Source of the DNA: Nitrosarchaeum sp.
GTDB lineage: Archaea > Thermoproteota > Nitrososphaeria > Nitrososphaerales > Nitrosopumilaceae
Assembly (NCBI GenBank): GCA_965223865.1
Contig: CBDCXP010000002.1
Coordinates: forward strand, 1-12,359
Reading direction: 5' to 3'
DNA length: 12,359 nt
Made by a program: the position numbers and the translations under genes. Of the stretch, positions 1 to 6,974 are shown piece after piece (positions within the stretch are counted from its first letter, which is position 1; each line of letters opens with the position of its first letter). The notes beneath the pieces were generated by a model. The model was not told the DNA's origin and made no database searches. It saw only the letters and a list, made by a program, of their open reading frames with translations.

Positions 1-1326
1 TCTAGCTGATTGTATGTGTCCTGTAAAATATCAGATATCATCATCCATTTTTCATGCCAGTCCGATGATGAGTTCTTGATTTCAGAGATTTTTTCTTGTG
101 CAGATTCTGGAAGTAATGGAACTATTACATCAAAGAATCTTTGGCGTTCCATAGATTCAAGATATCCATGTGAAAAGTCCTGACGATAAGTAATGTAAAG
201 TGAATCAGTTGAGACATGGATTGTTCCTGATCCTCCCATCAGAAATGTTTCAGAGTTTATTGTTTCTCCAAAAAGATCAATTGCTGTAACAGTGTTAAAG
301 TTGTAATGTCTATCAAAGTTATCAAAATAATAAACGTCAGGGGCCAATTCAAATTCAGAGTCTTCCATGATTAATGGGATTACTGGATGTCTGTAATCTA
401 TTCCAGATGTGGTAACAAGATAAACGTGGTTACCAATCATTCTTGCATTTTGAAATGAGCCATCAATAGAGTAATCCTTTATTATTTTTGGGGCCTCCTT
501 GTCAGAGATGTCCAGTATTGCAACATGTGTCGTTTGTCTATGGATTGATCTTGGAGCAAAGTCATATTCAGGAATTATTTGGTCTTGGCTTGTTCCGTAA
601 TAAAATATCACAAGCCTGTCATCATTTAGAAACATGTTCTGCAGGTTTTGCTGGTCGATGTCAAGGGCAGATTTGAAGATAATCTTGGCATTTTCTGCAG
701 GATATGCCTCTATTATCTTGAGATTCTGCTCAGAGACGATATAGACGTATTTTCCATCAGTTTTTAGAAAATCAGACTCATCTACTCCTTTGATTTGTAC
801 ATTGGTTGTAGAATAATCCGAACCAGATGAATCTGAAATGACTGATTCTGAATCTTGGTCTCTAAAAAAAGATGGTTCAGGCTCTGGTTCTGGCTCAGCC
901 ATAGGAACTGAAAATACGGTCCTATCAAGGGACATAGAACCAGAGTTTGCACGCATTTCCATATCTTCTTCTAACACAAATCCCCCATCGGCCTGAAACC
1001 CATCTATCATCATAGTGTCCATTCATGTTGCTTGTGGCCAATGCAGCTATGAATCTCTGGACTTCCTCTTGAGATGAGAATTTCTTAAGCTCCTGAGTTC
1101 CTTCAAAAAATTCTGAGAGATTGCCATCAACGTAAACCAGTCTCTCTGGAGCGTAACGAGATTGTTGGATGCGAATCTGCTGTTCCAAGTCTGCTACATA
1201 AAAAACAAACAGAGAGGAAACTATAACAACTGCAACTATAACTGAAATCAATATTTTATAATCCAAATTTTTCACTCCAGAGTTCTCCTGAAACCGAATT
1301 GACTGAATTTTAATCACGAATGGCAT
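1..1326 (-). CDS. Membrane-anchored/secreted beta-propeller domain protein (Beta_propel/COG4880-like); one apparent frameshift between ~928 and 1022; 3' end runs off the left edge of the window
   Basis: ORF 925-1326 supplies an N-terminal hydrophobic anchor (ILISVIVAVVIVSSLFVFYV) and ELKKFSSQEE. My translation of a second minus frame, open from 1022 to base 1, gives ...SGSMSLDRTVFSVPMAEPEPEPEPS...DYSTTNVQIKGVDESDFLKTDGKYVYIV...YSIDGSFQNARMIGNHVYLVT. The YSxTNVQxxGVDExDxxKTDG motif is characteristic of this family. The start may be ATG 1326 or TTG 1266 (GGAG just upstream). Confidence 0.85.
873..896 (-). repeat. Coding hexamer repeat (EPEPEPEP) in the beta-propeller protein linker
   Basis: Minus strand reads GAG CCA GAA CCA GAG CCT GAA CCA. 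Confidence 0.8.
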
Positions 1327-1350
1327 TGAATAACAAAACTATCAAAAAAA

Positions 1351-1387
1351 TGCATAAAACTTTTGATTAAATTTGGATTTTACCTAA
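1351..1387 (-). promoter_or_regulatory. Candidate TATA (TTTATGCA on minus) plus conserved upstream element, copy 1
   Basis: Plus strand tgcataaaacttttgattaaatttggattttacctaa. It is 26/33 identical to 6031-6063, and 1362-1387 is 25/26 identical to 3010-3035. It starts 24 nt upstream of ATG 1326. Confidence 0.7.
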
Positions 1388-1440
1388 ATTGATCACAAAG
1401 GTTATTTCCTCAAAATACATTTGCAAATAGAAAACACATT

Positions 1441-2383
1441 ATGAAAAAAAAGAATAACGGAAATCAAGAAGATAAAAACAATGTAGAAACTGAAAAAAAT
1501 CAAGAAAATGAAATTAGAGTTTTATCAGCTGATGATGAAAAAATTAAAGTTGTTGGCGAAGTACTAGCCAACGAATCAAGCAGAGCCATACTAAGACTGT
1601 TATCAAACATTGATGAGATGACAATTAACCAAATAGCTCAAGAGATGGATTTGTCAATTCCGTTGGTATCCCATCATCTAAAAAAGATGCAAGAGACAGG
1701 AGTTGTAAAAGTAAGCAGAGTTGGCAAGTCTGTAAAGGGACAAAAAATGAATTACTATTCCATAACCAATCAATCCTTTCTTATTACTCCCCCAGAAAAA
1801 CAAACACATTCTCTTTTTCACTCATTGAGAAAAATTTGCAAAATTTGCAGCTATTGGTATGGCAGGTCTTGTTTCATGGGCAATGCTAGAGCCAAAATCC
1901 AAAAACCAATTAGTACCTATTGAAGATGCCAGACAAACAAATTTTTCAGAACTTGATGAATCAGAAGAAAAGTGGTCATCAGCTTCTGAACTAGTAGATG
2001 AGAGTGAATCTGAAGTTGTAGAACCAACTGCTGCTGTACCTCCTGCACCAGAGTCAGTACCAGAGCCAGCACCTGAACCGGAGCCTGAACCTGAACCGGA
2101 GAGAGAATTAGAGCAAGAGTCTGAACCTTCTCACTCAGATGAGGGATTTGACTTGAAAATTGACTCAGATGGATTAGATACAGGCACAATATCCCTTGAT
2201 AGGACTGTCTATCCTGAACCATTTGCTAGCACCGGTGCAGAATCAGCAGATCCCATGATATTTTCCATTATCATTCCCATTGCAGTCATTGCAGGAGGCA
2301 TAATCATTGAAAGACTACTAACCCATTGGCACGGGAAGAGAAAAATGAAAAATTTCAGCTTTATCAAAAAAGATCCTAGATGA
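1441..2383 (+). CDS. Membrane-anchored ArsR-like winged-HTH transcriptional regulator (HTH - TM - acidic Pro/Glu loop - TM), ~313 aa; apparent +1 frameshift in the A5 run at 1830-1834
   Basis: N-terminal wHTH (LANESSRAIL...EMTINQIAQEMDLSIPLVSHHLKKMQETGVV...MNYY). Removing one A joins ORFs 1441-1923 and 1859-2383 as LRKFAKFAAIGMAGLVSWAML (TM1). TM2 is MIFSIIIPIAVIAGGIII, followed by a basic tail. The architecture matches the intact paralog at 6104-6904. Confidence 0.85.
2036..2102 (+). repeat. Low-complexity Pro/Glu coding repeat (VPPAPESVPEPAPEPEPEPEPE)
   Basis: Tandem degenerate CCN-GAR hexamers in the regulator loop. Confidence 0.75.
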
Positions 2384-2758
2384 GAGAATAACTTTTCTAA
2401 AATTATATATGTTTACAGAATTTAGTTTCTTCAAACTAGTACAAATAGAATTCTCAAATACAAAAATCAGATCAACTGACATTATGACAAATTCAGTAAA
2501 CTCCTAAATTATTTTAATGTAAGAAGTTAATTGTCTATATTTTAGAGATAATTTTTTTCAGAGTTAAAAAGAACGGTGGTCCTCCAATAAAGGCATGTCA
2601 TTAAATTTCTAGTACAGATTAATTTAGCAACACCATAATTTGTTTCTGATTATCCAATTATTATTTTCATTATTTTTATATTTTAAAATCTCAGTATCAA
2701 ATTTTGATAAATTCTTCTAAAATAATTACGAGATGATTTTTACAATTTTATTATTTGC

Positions 2759-2783
2759 ATTAGAACTAAAATAGAGTTCTAAT
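2759..2783. terminator. 9-bp inverted repeat overlapping the stop codon of 2779-2979; possible terminator or 3' stability hairpin
   Basis: attagaact-aaaatag-agttctaat. The stem is AT-rich, so it is weak. Confidence 0.3.
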
Positions 2784-2979
2784 TAATTCTTGAAACACCA
2801 ACTGAGAGTCTTTTGTTGCTTCTAGGTTTTAGTCTTGTCGCATTGTTGCAACAAGGACAACGAGGATATTTTTCTTTGAAATAATAATCACATATTTTAC
2901 AGTAGCATCCACCAGTCTGATAAATCTGACTTTTTGCAGCATTTTGTTTTTTTATGCATTGATTGTTACACATTAACAT
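2779..2979 (-). CDS. Small Cys-rich zinc-ribbon-like protein
   Basis: C-x3-C, CKIC and CPCC followed by RLKPR, a pattern I recall from small thaumarchaeal proteins. A TATA-like TTATAA lies about 22 nt upstream on the minus strand. Confidence 0.75.
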   Translation of the reverse strand: MLMCNNQCIKKQNAAKSQIYQTGGCYCKICDYYFKEKYPRCPCCNNATRLKPRSNKRLSVGVSRIN

Positions 2980-3000
2980 ATGATTTTGATTTCAGATTAT

Positions 3001-3035
3001 GTTATAACGTTTGATTAAATTTTGATTTTACCTAA
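3001..3035 (-). promoter_or_regulatory. Candidate TATA plus conserved upstream element, copy 2
   Basis: gttataacgtttgattaaattttgattttacctaa. Contains a perfect TTTGATT direct repeat at 3010 and 3021 (11-nt period). Confidence 0.7.
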
Positions 3036-3110
3036 CTTAATTTAAAAAAAATATTCCGAGTTAAAACGATTGGTGCAAAAACAAAAACCAGTATTTTCTG
3101 AGAATTGAAA

Positions 3111-4280
3111 TCACTTGGATAACGGCATCTTTGATTTTGACTCTGATGGTACAAAGTAAGTTTCTCCTCTGTTGGTCTTGTAACCTCCAGCAGAATCACT
3201 GGTCTCGTAGGCCCTAAGATGGACAGGATCTATGCCTGTCTGACCCTGGTTTTGGTCCTGTTTGAGCTTTCTGTTACTCACTACAAACATTACAACTCCT
3301 CCAATTGCTGCGATTCCGGCCATCCCATACATTACAGTTGCAGGAAACTCGTCAGTGTCAGGCCTGTAAGATACCGGAGAGTGGAGGTCCGTTTCAAAGG
3401 TATCAATACCGTCAATTGAGGAATAATCCACATAACCCTCTATTGCAATTGTTGCATCGTCTTGAGATTCTATTGCAGTTATCGAATATTTTCTGTCAAG
3501 CTCAAAGTCTTGTGACCATTCACGGTCTTTACAAAAATCACCAACCTCAAGGTTGCATTCACCCATTGAATAGTGTGTAACTACGTATTTGCCAGAAAAA
3601 TTATACTCCTTGGATCCAGCAATAATTGCAGTATTGTCAAAAAGAGAATGCCACTTGTGCAGTGGAAGTTCTGAAATCTTACTTGCATCAATTAGGGGCA
3701 ACCCCAATATTTCATAATCTGTTGCTTCAAGTTTGGTCATAACTTGTGGCATGAGAATATCCAGTGCATCTTTTGGATTGTTAATATCAAACTGACCATA
3801 CACTGTATCCAACTTTACGGGTTGATCAAGTGTTATTCCTCTCCAGTTTGCATCAATGATGCTCTTATCAGAATGTCTTTGCAAAATATGATTAGTGATT
3901 GTAGGGATCAGCTCAACTTTGTACTCTATTGCTGCAGAATCCTCATTTCCATTTAACATAGCACGGTAGATGATCTTTGCATCAGTAACAATTGCACTAC
4001 TAGATGAATCTCTAAGATTCTGATTAAGTTGACTTATCAGACTATCCATGCCAGGCGTTTGAGAGTCTGCAGTAATTGAGATTGACTGAGATTTGCCTCT
4101 TAGAAGATCTGCAATCTCTCCACCCTCAGGATATTCAATGTAGACTACTCTCAGAAATTTAAAGGAAGGCTCTGTAATGTCTTCGTCATGAATTATTGCT
4201 GCATCTAGCTGTGCTGCATATGCAGATGAAGGTACAAGAAATAACGTTACCAGAATTAGGAACAAAACTAGAAGATTCAT
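3111..4280 (-). CDS. Exported single-pass membrane protein of unknown function (signal peptide, ~310 aa ectodomain, C-terminal TM, cytoplasmic tail)
   Basis: The start is better placed at ATG 4280 (MNLLVLFLILVTLFLVPSSAYAA, an SPI-like signal) than at 4349, which would overlap the divergent gene. TM is VMYGMAGIAAIGGVVMFVV and the tail is GQTGIDP...SAGGYKTNRGE. Confidence 0.85.
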   Translation of the reverse strand: MNLLVLFLILVTLFLVPSSAYAAQLDAAIIHDEDITEPSFKFLRVVYIEYPEGGEIADLLRGKSQSISITADSQTPGMDSLISQLNQNLRDSSSSAIVTDAKIIYRAMLNGNEDSAAIEYKVELIPTITNHILQRHSDKSIIDANWRGITLDQPVKLDTVYGQFDINNPKDALDILMPQVMTKLEATDYEILGLPLIDASKISELPLHKWHSLFDNTAIIAGSKEYNFSGKYVVTHYSMGECNLEVGDFCKDREWSQDFELDRKYSITAIESQDDATIAIEGYVDYSSIDGIDTFETDLHSPVSYRPDTDEFPATVMYGMAGIAAIGGVVMFVVSNRKLKQDQNQGQTGIDPVHLRAYETSDSAGGYKTNRGETYFVPSESKSKMPLSK

Positions 4281-4379
4281 GCTAATATATCCATAGAAAT
4301 AGATATATCCATTATTATCAAATACAAGAATTATGGCGGATATATCCAATGCATCAAAGACATCGATGGATATATTCCG
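4281..4379. promoter_or_regulatory. Four imperfect copies of the palindrome ATGGATATATCCAT; putative operator array
   Basis: 4281-4294 GCTAATATATCCAT (10/14), 4299-4312 ATAGATATATCCAT (13/14), 4336-4349 GCGGATATATCCAA (11/14), 4366-4379 ATGGATATATTCCG (11/14). Confidence 0.7.
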
Positions 4380-4956
4380 CAGTATTATGGATTATGGTCC
4401 GCTCACCCTTTATGCTGCAAATAATAAAACAAAAATTCCCATAGGCACGATTCACAGACATTTTAAGCTGCTTGAAAAAGCAAGAAAGATTCGTGTTTAC
4501 AAGTCAAATAAGAAAGGCCGGAAAAAAATAGAATACGGTCCCACAATTTATGGAATTCTTAGTTTCTATAGACAAGACAGAATGATTGCAGAAAAGATTG
4601 AAAATTATTTTCTGCTGTGGGCAGAAAACAGGGAATTCCAGTACGAGCTCCACAAAGAAGGATTTGAACGATTTGATGCTAAAAAGAGCCAAAAAGCAAA
4701 AAGAATTTTCCATAAATACATGGACTATTTTAGTGCAATAGAGGATCAGATAGACATAATAAAAAATGGCAACGACATCATAACTCGAGACATCTTAATT
4801 ATGATTAGCTCTGGTCTGCTCTCAACAAATCCACACTACCAGAAAATGTGGAGGGATTTGTATCAAAACTTGCCAGGTATGAGAGAAAGCCTGGATAATT
4901 ATATGAAGAGCATGATCAAGTCACATAGGGAATTAAAAACTCTTAATTCCAAATAA
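4333..4956 (+). CDS. Soluble winged-HTH DNA-binding protein, putative transcriptional regulator
   Basis: GPLTLYAANNKTKIPIGTIHRHFKLLEK helix-turn-helix and GRKKIEYGPTIYG wing. It is divergent from 3111-4280. Alternative start at ATG 4366. Confidence 0.8.
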   Translation: MADISNASKTSMDIFRSIMDYGPLTLYAANNKTKIPIGTIHRHFKLLEKARKIRVYKSNKKGRKKIEYGPTIYGILSFYRQDRMIAEKIENYFLLWAENREFQYELHKEGFERFDAKKSQKAKRIFHKYMDYFSAIEDQIDIIKNGNDIITRDILIMISSGLLSTNPHYQKMWRDLYQNLPGMRESLDNYMKSMIKSHRELKTLNSK

Positions 4957-5647
4957 TAATTTTATTTGAAAATAAAACAAAGAACATAATTATTGTAACA
5001 GTTACTGGAATCAAATAGACAAATCGGTTTATGTTTTTTTTATTTGCATAATTTTGATATGCAAGGTAGACAATAGTTCCGGCAGATATTGCAGTTATGA
5101 TATTCATGATATCAAATGGGTCATCATTTATGATACTGCATTCTCTTAATCCAAAACTGCATAAAGAAATCAAGATTAAAAAATTCCAAACAGAGTGAAA
5201 TGCAATTGCAAACCATCCCTTGCCACTACTCCATGTTCTCAGGCTAAAAAATATGTGAGGAATAGAGAACAAAAATCCTCCATATGCTAGACTTTCAAGT
5301 GAAACAATTCCCGAATTAAACAGATGAGAGACAGACCAAATTATTCCAGTTCCAAGCAAAACAAAAGAGTTTCCCGTGAGATAAAACGGAATGCCAAAAA
5401 ACACCGACTCTTCTAGCAATCCAGAGCTTAGTGCTAATGAAATTGATACTGGTATCTGGGGAGTTTCATAGTCAGGTATCATATTTGTGACCAATTGTGA
5501 GCCTAATTGCATCAATGCCAACCCCAAAGTATGGTAAAACAGGCCCATCTTGAAGAGATAGACAAGGTTTGTCTTTTGGAATGATTTTAGCCAGTTTTTT
5601 GGATTAATGTCATGTATCTCGCTTCTCAATGTTGTTCTGATTTGCAA
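4943..5647 (-). CDS. CPBP (Abi/type II CAAX protease) family intramembrane glutamic endopeptidase
   Basis: Multi-TM protein with family motifs EESVFFG (EExxFxG; the usual Arg is replaced by Phe), WSVSH (FxxxH-like) and AFHSVWN (HxxxN). The start is uncertain (TTG 5683, 5647 or 5629). Confidence 0.75.
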   Translation of the reverse strand: MQIRTTLRSEIHDINPKNWLKSFQKTNLVYLFKMGLFYHTLGLALMQLGSQLVTNMIPDYETPQIPVSISLALSSGLLEESVFFGIPFYLTGNSFVLLGTGIIWSVSHLFNSGIVSLESLAYGGFLFSIPHIFFSLRTWSSGKGWFAIAFHSVWNFLILISLCSFGLRECSIINDDPFDIMNIITAISAGTIVYLAYQNYANKKNINRFVYLIPVTVTIIMFFVLFSNKIIIWN

Positions 5648-5674
5648 GGTTTGCTTATTTAGTATGTCAAAGAT

Positions 5675-5691
5675 AAAAAACAAAAAGAGAA
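5675..5691 (-). terminator. Archaeal oligo-U terminator after the small membrane protein gene
   Basis: Minus strand TTCTCTTTTTGTTTTTT begins 8 nt after the TGA at 5699-5701. Confidence 0.55.
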
Positions 5692-5698
5692 GGGGCAG

Positions 5699-6010
5699 TC
5701 ATCCTCTGCCCATCTCAGCATATTTGCCTTGTCTGCCTTTAACAAAGAATGCTGTAGCAATTCCGCCAAAGACACCTGTGGATAGTACTAGTGCACCTAT
5801 GACTCCATCGGCTGCAAGCAATGGAGTTCCAGAGCCTGCGCCAGGTTGTTCATTTGCAATTGCTACTCTGTTTTTTGCCAATTGCAAATAGGCATCAAGT
5901 CCAGTCTGACCATCAATTGGAACGTATTGTGCAAATGCGCTGCTAACAGAAGGCAATATCAAAATGCTTAGAATTGCTCCCGTTGCAATTATTGTCTTTT
6001 TTGTACTCAT
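5699..6010 (-). CDS. Small exported, C-terminally anchored membrane protein (signal peptide, ~38 aa ectopeptide ending in PGAGSGTP, TM, basic tail)
   Basis: MSTKKTIIATGAILSILILPSVSSAFA|Q is an AFA signal peptidase-like site. TM is GVIGALVLSTGVFGGIATAFFV and the tail is KGRQGKYAEMGRG. Confidence 0.85.
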   Translation of the reverse strand: MSTKKTIIATGAILSILILPSVSSAFAQYVPIDGQTGLDAYLQLAKNRVAIANEQPGAGSGTPLLAADGVIGALVLSTGVFGGIATAFFVKGRQGKYAEMGRG

Positions 6011-6030
6011 TGAAATTGTTAAGTAAATTT

Positions 6031-6066
6031 TGCATAAAGGCTTTGATGAAATTATGACTTTACTAA
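6031..6066 (-). promoter_or_regulatory. Candidate TATA (TTTATGCA on minus) plus conserved upstream element, copy 3
   Basis: tgcataaaggctttgatgaaattatgactttactaa. It starts 20 nt upstream of ATG 6010 and is 26/33 identical to 1351-1383. Confidence 0.65.
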
Positions 6067-6103
6067 TCTTTACATAGTTTGTTGCTGTAATATTATTACA
6101 GTT

Positions 6104-6904
6104 ATGATTGACAAAAATTCAGAGATAGCTAATAGCATAGATATTTTTTCAACAGATGATGAAAAGCTAAAGATATTAGCTGAGATAATTTCAAACAAAC
6201 CAAGTATAGAAATTCTAAATGTTTTGTTTAACAATGAGATGACTGCAAATGAATTAGCACAAAAAATTAACATCTCATTGCAGCTAGTAAAGTATCATTT
6301 AGAAAAGATGCAAAGAATTGATCTTGTTCATGTTTCCAGAGTAGGAAAAAATTCCAAATCACGAGACATGAATTATTACAAGACATCAAAACTTGCAATA
6401 CTGATAACGCCATCAAAAATAACTGAAAAAGCAAAACAAAGTAAATTACTAAAACGTTCCTTTAGATCAATTTACCGATTCTTTGGAATTGGGATAACAT
6501 CTCTAGTGGCAATACTTTCTGTAATGTCAGTTACAGCTGAGAGCAGCCTGTTTACTCCCATTAAAAATTGGTATTCAGGCTTTGAAATTCCAATATCAAT
6601 ACCCGGAACTGGCCTTCCAAGTACAATTGATGAGACATATTATTTAGCAAAGACCAAAGTTGACTCTGTAGTGGCAAATCCAGGAGCAGGATCTGGAACC
6701 CCATATTTTGATCCATACACAAATGTTCTAGGGTACACCGTCAATGACTTTGTAATAACAATGTTAGTTATTGGGGCAATTGGAGTTGTCATGTCATTAC
6801 CGTTTTTTGTAATGTCTTATAGACACTCCAAGAAACATCCAGAATTTACCAATCTTGCCATATCAAAAAATAAGATAGTAAATTTCAAAATAGATAACAA
6901 ATGA
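6104..6904 (+). CDS. Membrane-anchored ArsR-like winged-HTH transcriptional regulator (HTH - TM - loop - TM); paralog of 1441-2383
   Basis: Shares DDEK, EMTxNxxAQ, LVxxHLxKMQ, VSRVGK, MNYY and LITP with 1441. TM1 is FFGIGITSLVAILSVMSV and TM2 is FVITMLVIGAIGVVMSLPFFVM. Confidence 0.9.
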   Translation: MIDKNSEIANSIDIFSTDDEKLKILAEIISNKPSIEILNVLFNNEMTANELAQKINISLQLVKYHLEKMQRIDLVHVSRVGKNSKSRDMNYYKTSKLAILITPSKITEKAKQSKLLKRSFRSIYRFFGIGITSLVAILSVMSVTAESSLFTPIKNWYSGFEIPISIPGTGLPSTIDETYYLAKTKVDSVVANPGAGSGTPYFDPYTNVLGYTVNDFVITMLVIGAIGVVMSLPFFVMSYRHSKKHPEFTNLAISKNKIVNFKIDNK

Positions 6905-6974
6905 TAACTTTGAGCTAAAAAAAGTTGGAAAGTGAAGAATCTGTCAATCTTACCTCAGAACCAATCTTTTGTGA

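Noticed and set aside
488-676. Plus-strand 62-aa ORF
   Set aside because: Antisense shadow of the beta-propeller reading frame.
1917-2222. Minus-strand ORF with VQVQAPVQV repeats
   Set aside because: Antisense reading of the Pro/Glu repeat in the regulator loop.
2409-2507. Short ~32-codon plus-strand ORF (MFTEFSFFKLVQ...)
   Set aside because: No motif or other support, and expected by chance.
3219-3956. Three short plus-strand ORFs
   Set aside because: All lie antisense within the 3111-4280 gene.
4281-4379. Repeated ATATATCC units considered as a mini-CRISPR array
   Set aside because: The units are only 14 bp, spacing is irregular (18, 37, 30 nt) and no cas genes are present. An operator array fits better.
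3228-5911. GQTGID (3228-3245) versus GQTGLD (5894-5911) shared hexapeptide
   Set aside because: Only 5/6 residues match and the two copies are predicted on opposite sides of the membrane, so probably coincidence.
4504-6273. ORFs 4504-4713(-), 5607-5891(+) and 6070-6273(-)
   Set aside because: Antisense overlaps with better-supported genes.
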